From assembly GCA_017457215.1 (NCBI GenBank), contig JAFTHU010000001.1:21563-85562 (forward strand): a DNA stretch of 64,000 nucleotides. Direction: 5' to 3'. The notes beneath the pieces were generated by a model. The model was given only the letters and a program-made list of their open reading frames with translations. It made no database searches and was not told the DNA's origin. This document shows, in pieces, positions 43,291 through 53,215 of the stretch. A program made the position numbers and the translations under genes. Every line of letters starts with the position of its first letter. Position 1 is the stretch's first letter. The stretch is from Clostridia bacterium (GTDB lineage: Bacteria; Bacillota; Clostridia; Christensenellales; Borkfalkiaceae).

Positions 43291-44007
43291 TCATTCTGCT
43301 CTCCCCGACATCTCGGGAATCGCGTTCTTTTGTAATGCTCCATTCACTCGCTCTATCTTCCAGGCTTTTCCGCCGCTCGATACGCTTCCGACAATTTCGC
43401 CGTCCTCTATAACAAGCGCGGCGTCGTCTTCTATCCCGTAAGCACAGTCGAAATTATAACACACTATTTTATCAAAGTCAAGCATTCTCGCGCCGTAATG
43501 CGGAGAAATTTTGCCCTCTATCCAATTTAAACCTTGGAACATTGCGTACTTATCCCCCTCGCCGAGTGCCGCCGCCGAATCGGTGTATATATCCGAAAAC
43601 CAACAAATTGCACCCGCCGAAAGTCCCGCTATAATAACGCCCCGTTCGTATGCGTCCTTTATGAGCGGCAATAAGCCCGATTGTTTCCAATGCTCTATCA
43701 TAAACACGGTGTCGCCGCCGCCCACATAGATAACGTCCGCCTTTTCAAACTTGGCGCGCATTTTCTCCATGTCCACTTCCTTAAATACCGTCAACGCGAC
43801 GTCCGTTTTGATATTGAAAACACCCGTATACACCTTATGAAAAGTATTGTAATACGGCATATAATCATGACTTGCCGTGGGAATAAACAGAGCGTTCGGG
43901 CGATTTTCCCCCGCGTGTTCTTTGGCGAGTTTTGCTATATATTCGTCGATTTCCATTGTCGTCCTTTCGCGAAGTTCCCCACCGCCGATTGCGATAATCT
44001 TTTTCAT
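43291..44007 (-). CDS. S51 family peptidase (peptidase E-like)
   Basis: 238 aa. MKKIIAIGGG..., the nucleophile motif GLSAGA and YVGGGDT are typical of S51/type-1 glutamine amidotransferase-like dipeptidases. Confidence 0.75.
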   Translation of the reverse strand: MKKIIAIGGGELRERTTMEIDEYIAKLAKEHAGENRPNALFIPTASHDYMPYYNTFHKVYTGVFNIKTDVALTVFKEVDMEKMRAKFEKADVIYVGGGDTVFMIEHWKQSGLLPLIKDAYERGVIIAGLSAGAICWFSDIYTDSAAALGEGDKYAMFQGLNWIEGKISPHYGARMLDFDKIVCYNFDCAYGIEDDAALVIEDGEIVGSVSSGGKAWKIERVNGALQKNAIPEMSGRAE

Positions 44008-44489
44008 TTGCTACGCCCTTTTTCGACCATTTTACTCAACTTTTCTATTTTTTCATCTAAAATGCCTATTGCGGATTTTATAGATACTTCGTATTCTTCT
44101 TCGGTCAAATATCCTTGCTGTGCCGCCGTAACCAGTTCAGTCGCCAATGTATCCAAGCCATTGGCAATTCCCTCAAACAAAATATCCTTTTTCCCTTCTA
44201 CGATTTGGAATGCTAACCAAGTTGCCTCGGATACAAGTACACTCAAATGATGCAGCTTTGTCGCACCGAGCAAGATCTGTGCACCTTTGGATTGATTACA
44301 TAATTCCGTTGCGTATGCTTTTGCTTTTTCGCAAGCTTTTTTTACCGTTTGCGGGCGCATTTGCTTTTTCGTATGTCTACGCAAAAATCCCATAGCCAAT
44401 AGAGCCATCACTATAATCGCCGTGCAGATACCGTAGGAAAGAATGAGTTTTGCCCCTGTATCCGACAGATTTAATAATAATCCTCGCAT
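44004..44489 (-). CDS. Hypothetical membrane-anchored protein
   Basis: 161 aa with one N-terminal TM segment (ILSYGICTAIIVMALLAMGFL). GAGGAGG RBS. The start overlaps the mscS stop (TAATG) and the stop overlaps the next ATG. Confidence 0.6.
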   Translation of the reverse strand: MRGLLLNLSDTGAKLILSYGICTAIIVMALLAMGFLRRHTKKQMRPQTVKKACEKAKAYATELCNQSKGAQILLGATKLHHLSVLVSEATWLAFQIVEGKKDILFEGIANGLDTLATELVTAAQQGYLTEEEYEVSIKSAIGILDEKIEKLSKMVEKGRSK

Positions 44490-45355
44490 TACTTATCTAC
44501 CTCCTCAACCGTTTTCCGTACCCGTACGTCCAGTTGATCGTAAGGGATTTCAATTCCGTTTTCATTAAACAAAGCTAAAAATTCTTCTAATAAATCGAAT
44601 TTGACTGCCCAAAAATCAGCCGCTTCTACCCATACGCGTAAGGTGAAATTCAGCGAACTTGAACCGTATTCCGTTAAACGAAAGAAAGGCGCGGGTTCTT
44701 TTTTGATCCGTTCGTCTTTCGCCACGTGCTCGTTAACGATTTTTTTCACCGTTTCCACATCCGAATCGTAGGATACTGAAAGCACCAAATCCAAACGCCG
44801 CAAAGGCATTTTGCTATAATTAATAATCGTTGAGCCGAACACGGTGTTGTTGGGAATAACCACCGTAAGATTGTCCGTCGTGATCAATTTCACGCTGAAA
44901 AGCTTGATTTCTTTTACCGTACCGCTCGTCCCGCCGATATCCACGAAATCCCCTGCTTTAAAGGGCTTCGTAAATATTAGTAAAATACCGTTCGCCAAAC
45001 TTGCAAGCGTGTTTTGCAACCCGAGGGCAACCGCCAACATAACCGAAGAGAGCGCGGCGATAATCCCCGTCGTGGAAAAACCAAGCGAAGCGATAAATAC
45101 GATAATCAACACCAAATAAGCAATCAACGCTACGATAGAAGTGATAAACGATGCCGCTGAATTATCGATTTTACGGCTTTTCGTTGATTTTTTCTTCACC
45201 AATTTTTTTATAACGGCAATAATCAACAGCCCTAAGACGAAAACAACCAACGCCTTTGCTATCACCAGCCCGTATCCGCCCAAAAAATTTTTAACAGAGG
45301 TTTTGACTTGTCCCCAAAGTTTTGTCAAAGAACCCGCCAAAAGCAGACTTCCCAT
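44489..45355 (-). CDS. Small-conductance mechanosensitive channel (MscS family)
   Basis: Start moved to ATG 45355 (GGAGGAG 8 nt upstream). It has three TM segments, then GDFVDIGGTSGTVKEIKLFSVKLITTDNLTVVIPNN, typical of MscS. Confidence 0.85.
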   Translation of the reverse strand: MGSLLLAGSLTKLWGQVKTSVKNFLGGYGLVIAKALVVFVLGLLIIAVIKKLVKKKSTKSRKIDNSAASFITSIVALIAYLVLIIVFIASLGFSTTGIIAALSSVMLAVALGLQNTLASLANGILLIFTKPFKAGDFVDIGGTSGTVKEIKLFSVKLITTDNLTVVIPNNTVFGSTIINYSKMPLRRLDLVLSVSYDSDVETVKKIVNEHVAKDERIKKEPAPFFRLTEYGSSSLNFTLRVWVEAADFWAVKFDLLEEFLALFNENGIEIPYDQLDVRVRKTVEEVDK

Positions 45356-45372
45356 ATAAATAGCTCCTCCTT

Positions 45373-45825
45373 TTATTTGCAATACTTTTCTTCAATTGCC
45401 TTGATTTTTGCCAAACGGCGGTCATGACGTTCGCCACCCTCATATTCAGTGTTCAAGAAAACGTCGACGATTTCTTGCATCATACCCTCGCCGAGCACCT
45501 TTTCGCCAAACGCTATCATATTTGCATTATTGTGCAAACGCGTAAATTTCGCGCAATACCAATCGTGACAATGTGCACAGCGAATCCCAGGGACTTTGTT
45601 CGCTACGATAGAAACGCCGATCCCCGAAGAACAAACCACGATACCGCGTTCACTTTCCCCGCTTGCTACCGATTCCGCCGCCGCAACCGCAAAATCGGGA
45701 TAATCGCAAGAATCTTTCGTATACGTTCCAAAATCTTTTACTTCGTGTCCGTTCTTTTCCAAATACGCGATCATCGCATTTTTGAGATTCAGTCCGCCGT
45801 GGTCGCATGCAACTGCAATTTTCAT
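45373..45825 (-). CDS. rpiB: Ribose-5-phosphate isomerase B
   Basis: 150 aa. MKIAVACDHGG...GIVVCSSGIGVSIVANKVPGIRCAHCHD is the RpiB/LacAB signature. Confidence 0.9.
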   Translation of the reverse strand: MKIAVACDHGGLNLKNAMIAYLEKNGHEVKDFGTYTKDSCDYPDFAVAAAESVASGESERGIVVCSSGIGVSIVANKVPGIRCAHCHDWYCAKFTRLHNNANMIAFGEKVLGEGMMQEIVDVFLNTEYEGGERHDRRLAKIKAIEEKYCK

Positions 45826-45837
45826 AATATTTTCTCC

Positions 45838-46470
45838 TTAAAAAATTGATAATTGTTCATTTTCGCTTTCTTTTTTTTGCTTTTTTGAAAGCGTTTTTTT
45901 CTTTGTTTTTATCTGCGTCGTTTTCTTTTTCGGCGCTTTTACCGAAGTTTTCGGTTTCTTTTCCCAAGCGTGGTCTTGCAAGCGCAGCTTCTCTATCAGT
46001 TTCGGTATACCCGCAGCAAGCAACCCAAACACGTAACGGTAACAATCGATATCCTTTCCGTAGGGATCAAGAATCTCATATCCCGTAATCTCTGCAAAGG
46101 AATACACGTTGTTTTCCACCTCCGCATCCTGCGTCTTTCCCACCTTTTTTAAAGCATTCCAACGCATATCCATTAAATATTCCCGTTGGCGTTCGGTCAT
46201 ACATATCACCGCAAACGCATCCGACAACAATTTTTCGGTTAGTTTGGTAGCCACAAATCCCTCGGAGCCGATTGCATTTTCTTGTAAAACCTCTGCTGAT
46301 TTTGGATTGATAACGTCCCCTTTTTGCACAGATATACCCGCCGAACGAACATCAAACCCCGATAAGTTTCTCTTTTTCAATTCGCAAGAAAGCAAGAGCT
46401 GCGCCATCGGCGAGCGGCAAGTGTTGCCCGTACATACGAATACGATTTTTTTTCTCTTCCTCGCCGCCAT
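45838..46470 (-). CDS. Low-molecular-weight phosphatase (YwlE-like arginine/tyrosine phosphatase) with a Lys-rich C-terminal tail
   Basis: Start moved to ATG 46470 (AGAGGAG RBS). Carries the CX5R(S/T) loop VCTGNTCRSPMA. It shares tsaC-ywlE-rpiB gene order with Bacillus. It has a ~40-aa K-rich extension. Confidence 0.8.
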   Translation of the reverse strand: MAARKRKKIVFVCTGNTCRSPMAQLLLSCELKKRNLSGFDVRSAGISVQKGDVINPKSAEVLQENAIGSEGFVATKLTEKLLSDAFAVICMTERQREYLMDMRWNALKKVGKTQDAEVENNVYSFAEITGYEILDPYGKDIDCYRYVFGLLAAGIPKLIEKLRLQDHAWEKKPKTSVKAPKKKTTQIKTKKKTLSKKQKKESENEQLSIF

Positions 46471-46493
46471 TACAGTCTCCTCTTTCGTTATTA

Positions 46494-47501
46494 TTAATGT
46501 TTTACGTCCACCGACGTACACGCTTTGCGAAGTCTGTTCAAAACGCCCGTCATTACACCGTCTTTCTTGTTAGGTTCAACGGCAATCAATACGTCGCAAA
46601 TTTTTTCCGCATCCCGCAGCAATCCGTATAAGCGCGCCGCCATTTCTTGTTCCGTTCTGCCAAGATTTAAAACGACTGCGCCTGCTTTTACAAACTGCCC
46701 CGCAACGAAATCCTCACAAAGCACAGCGACCCGCGTTTCTTTCATCAATCGGTAAGCTTTTAATCCCTCTTCCGCCGTGTTGAAAAGCAACGTTTTACAA
46801 CGCGGAGAATAGTGCTTATATAAAACGCCCGGGCTTTTTACCTTTTCACCCTCGACAAGTTGGGGCGCATATTCTTCGCACGCGCCTACCACCGCCGCAA
46901 TCTGCTCTTTCGTAATCAATCCTGGTCGCAAAATCACAGGAACGTCCCCCGTTACGTCGCAAACCGTACTTTCAATGCCGCCCACGCTACTCCCGCCGTC
47001 TAAGATTAAGGGGATTTTTCCGCTGAAATCTTCGTATACGTGTTGCGCCGACGTAGGCGAAACGTGCTTGGAAAGATTTGCGCTGGGCGCAACGATTGGA
47101 ATGTCCATCGTCCGCAAAAATGCTTGTGCGCCCTCATGAGCGGGTACGCGTACAGCCAAAGTATTTAAACCGCAAGACACAAATCGGCTCACCTTTCCCG
47201 TAGACGGATACACAAGCGTCAACGGTCCAGGTAAAAAAACCTCTCGCAATTTCCGCGCGTAAGGCGGGTCGTAATCGATAATCTTTAATAAGTCGTAACC
47301 GCTATGCACGTGCGCTATCAACGGATTGTCGGCAGGTCTTCCTTTGACCTCGAAAATACGTTTTACGCCCTCGTCGTCAAAGGCATTGCCACCCAAGCCG
47401 TACACCGTTTCCGTAGGAATTGCTACCACGTCGCCGGCAAATATTAAGTTTTTTGCTTCCGCCAACGTTTCGGGCGTAATGGGCTTTATTTTGGTTTCCA
47501 T
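46494..47501 (-). CDS. tsaC: L-threonylcarbamoyladenylate synthase (Sua5/YwlC/TsaC)
   Basis: 335 aa. VAIPTETVYGLGGNAFD...KGRPADNPLIAHV plus a Sua5 C-terminal domain. Confidence 0.9.
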   Translation of the reverse strand: METKIKPITPETLAEAKNLIFAGDVVAIPTETVYGLGGNAFDDEGVKRIFEVKGRPADNPLIAHVHSGYDLLKIIDYDPPYARKLREVFLPGPLTLVYPSTGKVSRFVSCGLNTLAVRVPAHEGAQAFLRTMDIPIVAPSANLSKHVSPTSAQHVYEDFSGKIPLILDGGSSVGGIESTVCDVTGDVPVILRPGLITKEQIAAVVGACEEYAPQLVEGEKVKSPGVLYKHYSPRCKTLLFNTAEEGLKAYRLMKETRVAVLCEDFVAGQFVKAGAVVLNLGRTEQEMAARLYGLLRDAEKICDVLIAVEPNKKDGVMTGVLNRLRKACTSVDVKH

Positions 47502-47537
47502 ATCTTTTCTTTTGCTAAATAAACCGTTCTATCCGTA

Positions 47538-49046
47538 TTACTCAAAGGGAAGTTCGTCGTCGGACAATGCTTTTATATCGCTCTTTCTCGGAACGGGAGG
47601 TTCGGGCGCGCCGTAATCGTCGTCGGGCGCTTCGTATTCCACGTCGTCGTCATAAGAAGCGGGCGTCGTACCGAATTGCGGCGGTTCGTCGTCGCGGTTT
47701 TGGTCGTCCACGTCCACGAATTTGGTATATTCGCCGATAAATTTCAAGGAAACACGTCCCTGTTCACCAGCACGGTGCTTGGCAAGAATTAATTCTGCTG
47801 CGCCCTTTACCACTTTGCCACTTTCCAAATCCTCTTTGGTTGCAAACATTTCCGGACGACTGATAAACATAACGATATCGGCATCTTGCTCGATAGCACC
47901 CGATTCACGAAGGTCGGACAACTGCGGCTCGTTCGAAGTGATACGGCGGAGCTGCGAAAGCGCGATAACGGGTACGTTCAATTCTTTTGCCATAATTTTC
48001 AAATCGCGGGTAATGGAAGCGACTTCCTGTTGACGGTTTTCCGCCCCTGCCATTTTAGAATCACCGCTCGACATAAGCTGAATATAGTCGATCATAATCA
48101 TATCTACGCCGCCCGCCGTCGTTTTTAAGCGACGGCATTTCGAAAGAATTTCCGCCGGTGTAACCCGCGACGAATCGTCGATATAAATATTGCTCTTTTT
48201 TAATTGATCCCCTGCGAGCATCAATTTTTTCCATTCTTTAGCGGAAAGTTCCCCCGAAAGCGCGTTTTTCATACTCACGTTCGCATACGAACAAATGAGT
48301 CTTTGCACGATTTCCTGACGGGGCATTTCCAGCGAGAATACGGCGCAGGTTTTTCCCGCGTGCAATGCTGCGTGTTCTACAAGATTCATTGCAAGCGAAG
48401 TTTTACCCATACCGGGACGGGCAGCCAAGACGATTAACGCACCCGATTGCAAACCGTTCGTCATCTTATCCAAACGTTTATAACCCGTAGGGATTCCTTT
48501 AAACGTGTTCGGATCGGCTTGCAGCTGTTCAAATTTTTGCAAAACTTCCCCGATAATATCCCCGTCGTTCATACCGAGCAACGCCGAACGTTCAGACTGC
48601 TTGGAAATGTCGTAAATGCATTTTTCAGCATAGGCAAGCGACGTCTTTTCATCTGCCCCTTTCATAGACGTTTCAATAATTTTTCGCGAAGCGCGAATCA
48701 ATTTACGATTCACGCTATCCCGCACAATGATTTCGTGGTACGATTTATAATTTGCCGCAGACGGAGTAATTTGCGTCAATTCGGTTAAATATACGATACC
48801 ACCCGCCCGTTCCAAACTGCCTTCCTTTTCCAGCTCGTCTGAAACGGTAACGAGATCTACGGGTTTTCTGCTGTTGAATACCCGTTGCATTGCCCGCAAA
48901 ATATACTTGTGGCTTTCCTGATAAAAATCGTCTTCCGTCAGCTTGTCCACAATATCCGACGCAATTTCGCTGTCAATCAAAAGACAGCCTAAAAGCGCCA
49001 TTTCCGCATCCCGATTATAGGGCATAGTGTTCATTTCGTTTGCCAT
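47538..49046 (-). CDS. dnaB: Replicative DNA helicase (DnaB family) with an acidic C-terminal extension
   Basis: 502 aa. N-terminal PYNRDAEMALLGCLL, Walker A GMGKTSLA, SLEMP, DYIQLM and LSQLRR motifs. It ends with a 56-aa acidic tail. Confidence 0.9.
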   Translation of the reverse strand: MANEMNTMPYNRDAEMALLGCLLIDSEIASDIVDKLTEDDFYQESHKYILRAMQRVFNSRKPVDLVTVSDELEKEGSLERAGGIVYLTELTQITPSAANYKSYHEIIVRDSVNRKLIRASRKIIETSMKGADEKTSLAYAEKCIYDISKQSERSALLGMNDGDIIGEVLQKFEQLQADPNTFKGIPTGYKRLDKMTNGLQSGALIVLAARPGMGKTSLAMNLVEHAALHAGKTCAVFSLEMPRQEIVQRLICSYANVSMKNALSGELSAKEWKKLMLAGDQLKKSNIYIDDSSRVTPAEILSKCRRLKTTAGGVDMIMIDYIQLMSSGDSKMAGAENRQQEVASITRDLKIMAKELNVPVIALSQLRRITSNEPQLSDLRESGAIEQDADIVMFISRPEMFATKEDLESGKVVKGAAELILAKHRAGEQGRVSLKFIGEYTKFVDVDDQNRDDEPPQFGTTPASYDDDVEYEAPDDDYGAPEPPVPRKSDIKALSDDELPFE

Positions 49047-49107
49047 TTTATCTTCCTTTGGACAGAATTTTGCATTCCATGCATACCTGCCCGTTGATTT
49101 TCTTATT

Positions 49108-50889
49108 TTATAATAACGATTTGAATTCTTCCAACGTCGTTCTAAATTCTTCCATTGCCGCTTTAAAAGGCGCTTCGTCCGTCAAATCCACTCCCGCCTT
49201 TTTGAGTATGGAAACGGGATCGTCGCAACCGCCCGAAGAAAGGAATTCGAAATAATTGTGCACTGCGCTTTCCCCTTCGCTTAAGATTCGTTTCACGATA
49301 GATACCGCCGAGATAATCCCCGTTGCGTACTTATATACGTAAAACGAATTGTAAAAATGCGGTATACGCGCCCATTCGTAACGAATTTCTTCGTCGTGGA
49401 TAATTCCGTCGCCGTAATATTGCTTGTTCAAACCGTAATAGAGTTCGCTTAAATTTTCCTTGGTCAACGCCTCGCCCTTTTCCGCCTTTTCGTGCGCTAA
49501 CTGTTCAAATTCCGCAAATTGAGTTTGACGGAACATCGTTGCGCGGAAGGTATCCATATAATAATTGAGCAAGAATTTTTTAAGCCTTTTGTCTTCCGTT
49601 TTTTTATACAAATGCTTTAACAACAGCACTTCGTTTACCGTGCTTGCGATTTCCGCAAGGAAAATGGTATACCCCGATTTTGCATACGGCTGCGAAGAAG
49701 AAGATTTATAGGTATGCAAAGCGTGCCCCATTTCGTGCGCTATCGTAAAGATATCGTTCGTCGTTTCTTGATAATTGAGCATAACGTACGGATGGCAATC
49801 GTAAATGCCCGCCGAATATGCGCCGCAACGTTTCCCTTCGTTTTCGTATACGTCAATCCAGCCCTCGTCCTTGCCCTTTTTCAAAAGGTTTTGATATGCT
49901 TCGCCGAGTGGCGCAAGCCCCTCTATCACGAGTTCGTACGCGTCGTCAAAGGGCATTTTGATTTCGGAATCTTCTACCAAAGGAACAAACACGTCGTAGG
50001 CGTGCTGCTCGGGCATTCCCGTAACCGTTTTACGTAGGGAAATATATTCGTGCAAAGCGGGCAAGCCTTCGTGCACACTTTTGATAAGATTTTGATAAAC
50101 AACGGGGTCTACGTCCTCGCCGCTCATTGCCATCGCAAGACAGCTATCGTACCCGCGCACCGTCTTATAAAACACGTCCTTTTTTACGTTGCCATAATAC
50201 GCTTGCGTAATTGAATCAATTAATTTTATATATGCGCCGTAATATTTTTCAAACCATTCTCTGCGTTCTTCCGCCGTTCCTGAACGAAGCACTACCCCGT
50301 ATAAACCGTGGCTCATTTGCACTTCCTCTCCGTTGAATTTTGCCATAGGTAAATTCAAATTTGCGTTGTTCATCATAGAGAAAACGTCTTGAAACCCGCC
50401 CATAACGTCGCTGCCAAGTGCCAAAAGCTTTTCTTCCGCCGCACTCAAAACGTGCGCCTTGGATTTTTCCACTTTGCGCAGCATATATTCGTACGGAGCA
50501 AAATCGGGGTCGGCGATAAATCCTTTTAATTTCTCCTCGTCCAGCGCAGTCAACTCTGGTTCGATAAAGGATAAACGCGCTAAAATTTTAGAAAATAAAG
50601 CCGTCGTCATAGAAAGGGCCGAAGTGTGTTTTGCTATACGTACGTCCTCGTCATGACGCACGTTTGCATAAATAAACAGTTTTTCCAAGCGGCGGGATAT
50701 CGTATCGTTTAAACGCAAACAGGAAAGAAGAATCTCCTTATCCGACAGCTTGCCCTCAAATACGGAAAAATCGTATTCTCCGTACTCTTTTTCCAACGTT
50801 TTATATTCCGTTTCCCACGCCTCGTCCGAGGGAAACAAGTCCCCCAAGTTCCATTTGCGGTTTTGGGGTATTTCTTTTCTTTCCAACAT
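49108..50889 (-). CDS. pepF: Oligoendopeptidase F (M3B)
   Basis: 593 aa with the HEMGH zinc motif (TIAHEMGHALH) and typical PepF length and N-terminus. Confidence 0.85.
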   Translation of the reverse strand: MLERKEIPQNRKWNLGDLFPSDEAWETEYKTLEKEYGEYDFSVFEGKLSDKEILLSCLRLNDTISRRLEKLFIYANVRHDEDVRIAKHTSALSMTTALFSKILARLSFIEPELTALDEEKLKGFIADPDFAPYEYMLRKVEKSKAHVLSAAEEKLLALGSDVMGGFQDVFSMMNNANLNLPMAKFNGEEVQMSHGLYGVVLRSGTAEERREWFEKYYGAYIKLIDSITQAYYGNVKKDVFYKTVRGYDSCLAMAMSGEDVDPVVYQNLIKSVHEGLPALHEYISLRKTVTGMPEQHAYDVFVPLVEDSEIKMPFDDAYELVIEGLAPLGEAYQNLLKKGKDEGWIDVYENEGKRCGAYSAGIYDCHPYVMLNYQETTNDIFTIAHEMGHALHTYKSSSSQPYAKSGYTIFLAEIASTVNEVLLLKHLYKKTEDKRLKKFLLNYYMDTFRATMFRQTQFAEFEQLAHEKAEKGEALTKENLSELYYGLNKQYYGDGIIHDEEIRYEWARIPHFYNSFYVYKYATGIISAVSIVKRILSEGESAVHNYFEFLSSGGCDDPVSILKKAGVDLTDEAPFKAAMEEFRTTLEEFKSLL

Positions 50890-50904
50890 ATCTGATTTCT
50901 TTCC

Positions 50905-52260
50905 TCAATTTTTAAAACTATGAATGGGCGCGGGGATATTTCCGCCGCGGTTGATAAGACGAGAGCTGTCGCAATTATGCACGGGCATAATCGGCGCTCT
51001 GCCAAGCAATCCTCCGAAACTTACTTCGTCTCCCACTTTCTTGCCGGGCGCGGGAATAATACGCACCGCCGTTGTCTTGTTATTAATCATACCGATTGCC
51101 GCTTCGTCTGCTATCATCGCCGCGATTGTCGTCGCAGGGGTATCGCCGGGAATCGCAATCATATCCAAACCCACGCTGCACACGCAAGTCATGGCTTCCA
51201 ACTTATCCAACGTAATCTTGCCCGCTTCCGCCGCTTTTATCATGCCGATATCTTCCGAAACGGGAATGAACGCGCCCGAAAGCCCGCCCACACGCGAGGA
51301 CGCCATAACGCCCCCTTTCTTCACCGCGTCATTGAGCATAGCAAGCGCCGCCGTCGTACCGTGTCCGCCTACCGTTTCAATACCCAGTTCTTCCAATATC
51401 TGCGCAACGGAATCCCCCATTGCGGGCGTAGGCGCAAGGGACAAATCGACGATACCGAACTGTGCGTTTAAACGCTTTGCCGCTTCCTTTGCCACAAGCT
51501 GCCCTGCACGGGTAATTTTAAACGCCGTACGTTTAATCATTTCCGCCGCTTCCGTCAAATCTGCATTAGGTACCTGTTCCAACGCGTGCTTCACTACGCC
51601 CGGGCCGGAAACGCCGACGTTTACAACGACGTCTGCCTCGCCCACGCCGTGGAATGCCCCCGCCATAAACGGATTGTCTTCCACTGCATTACAAAACGCA
51701 ACCAATTTCGCCGCGCCGATACCGTCCTGCTCCTTGGTCAAAAACGCCGCTTCTTTGAATACCTCGCCAAGCATTTTAACCGCTTCCATATTGATACCCG
51801 ATTTCGTTGAACCGACGTTCACCGACGAACAAAGCCGCTTCGTCGTCGCCAGCACTTCGGGAATGGTCTTGATAAAAATTCTTTCGTATTCCGCCGTCGA
51901 TTTATGCACGAGCGCAGAATACCCGCCGAGGAAATCGATTCCCAACGTTGCCGCCGCCTCGTCCAATGCCTTACCGATTAAAGGTGCTTTTTCAGGGAAC
52001 GCCGCACAAAGCAAGCTGACGGGCGTAACCGAAACCCGTTTGTTTACGATAGGAATACCGTATTCACCCGAAAGATCGGACGCCGTTTTTACAATTTTTT
52101 CTGCTTTCGTGCAGACGAGGTCGTATACCTTTCTCGCCGTTTCTTCCGCGGTATCACGAATACAACCAAGCAACGAAAGCCCCATCGTAATCGTACGAAT
52201 GTCCAAATGTTCCTCTTGCACCATGGCAATCGTTTCCAAAACGTCGTTATTGCTGAACAT
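50905..52260 (-). CDS. UPF0210 (DUF711, PFL-like) protein
   Basis: 451 aa. [30 protein letters not shown] is the characteristic UPF0210 N-terminus. It is paired with an upstream ACT protein. Confidence 0.8.
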   Translation of the reverse strand: MFSNNDVLETIAMVQEEHLDIRTITMGLSLLGCIRDTAEETARKVYDLVCTKAEKIVKTASDLSGEYGIPIVNKRVSVTPVSLLCAAFPEKAPLIGKALDEAAATLGIDFLGGYSALVHKSTAEYERIFIKTIPEVLATTKRLCSSVNVGSTKSGINMEAVKMLGEVFKEAAFLTKEQDGIGAAKLVAFCNAVEDNPFMAGAFHGVGEADVVVNVGVSGPGVVKHALEQVPNADLTEAAEMIKRTAFKITRAGQLVAKEAAKRLNAQFGIVDLSLAPTPAMGDSVAQILEELGIETVGGHGTTAALAMLNDAVKKGGVMASSRVGGLSGAFIPVSEDIGMIKAAEAGKITLDKLEAMTCVCSVGLDMIAIPGDTPATTIAAMIADEAAIGMINNKTTAVRIIPAPGKKVGDEVSFGGLLGRAPIMPVHNCDSSRLINRGGNIPAPIHSFKN

Positions 52261-52286
52261 ATATTCTCTCCTTTCCCAATGGCGTT

Positions 52287-52556
52287 TTATACGTTATGCA
52301 TTGCGTTGAAAATATCTTCGTGCTGCATATAAATCGACATGCCGATTTGCTTTCCAAGTTCTGCGCATTCCTTCGCCAACGCGGAAAGTTCCTGTTTCGC
52401 TTCGCTCATATCCGCAATCATTATCATAGCAAAATATTCACCCAAGACCGTCTGTGATATGTCCTCGATATTGACGCCTTTCTCCGCCAAAAACGAACTT
52501 ACTTTTGCGATAATACCTTTCTTGTCTTTACCCGTTACGGTAACTACTGCTCTCAT
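52287..52556 (-). CDS. ACT domain protein (UPF0237)
   Basis: 89 aa. [36 protein letters not shown] is typical of an ACT domain. Confidence 0.8.
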   Translation of the reverse strand: MRAVVTVTGKDKKGIIAKVSSFLAEKGVNIEDISQTVLGEYFAMIMIADMSEAKQELSALAKECAELGKQIGMSIYMQHEDIFNAMHNV

Positions 52557-52589
52557 AATTCTTTCTCCTTTCGTTTTTTCTATTCTCTG

Positions 52590-53201
52590 TTATTCTTGCA
52601 CGGCAGAGTTTTCTTCTGTCTCCAATACCGTTTCCTGTTCTATTTCTACGTCCTCGTCTTCTTCTTGGAACTCTAACGCCTGTTTTTGCAAAATATCGTA
52701 CTGAATGATGAAATTGCTTTGTACGATATATTGCACGTAATCGCCGCTGTCAAAGGGCGGTAATTTCTTTTCCTTGTCCCAAAACGCTTCGCGTTCCATC
52801 CATTCGCTCTTTTTCTTGCTCCAGGTTTCAAACACGCAGCCCATAACGTCCACGTTATCCTTTTGCAAAGCCTTTTCTTCAAAGCAATAGAAATAATTAT
52901 GTTCCTCGCCCTTTAAACCCTCGGAAAAATACCCCAGCAATTTGTAATAGCGGTGCACTCTGCCGAATTTTATGGACATAAAGGGGAAAATAAGAATTAC
53001 GTACACCCCCGACGCGATAAAAACCAACGCTTTGGGCAACGTTTGCATCGAATCGTTATACGGTAAAGACATATAATACAGCCACCAAGCCAAACTGAAA
53101 GTAAGGTACAATAAGGTCGCCGCCCAAAACGTCCAAAGGATACGTTTTCTTTGTTTATACACCGCTAAATAATCGGCGTCTTTGTATACGGATATCATCA
53201 T
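52590..53201 (-). CDS. Hypothetical two-TM membrane protein with an acidic C-terminus
   Basis: 203 aa with two hydrophobic segments and then a soluble domain. No family recognised. Confidence 0.55.
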   Translation of the reverse strand: MMISVYKDADYLAVYKQRKRILWTFWAATLLYLTFSLAWWLYYMSLPYNDSMQTLPKALVFIASGVYVILIFPFMSIKFGRVHRYYKLLGYFSEGLKGEEHNYFYCFEEKALQKDNVDVMGCVFETWSKKKSEWMEREAFWDKEKKLPPFDSGDYVQYIVQSNFIIQYDILQKQALEFQEEDEDVEIEQETVLETEENSAVQE

Positions 53202-53215
53202 ATTTTGCTCCTACG

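Noticed and set aside
50924-52309. 461-aa plus-strand ORF (and the 183-aa ORF at 50920-51471), antisense to the UPF0210 gene
   Set aside because: It has a Ser/Ala/Pro-rich low-complexity translation with no RBS. The minus-strand product carries the diagnostic UPF0210 N-terminus, so this is a shadow ORF.
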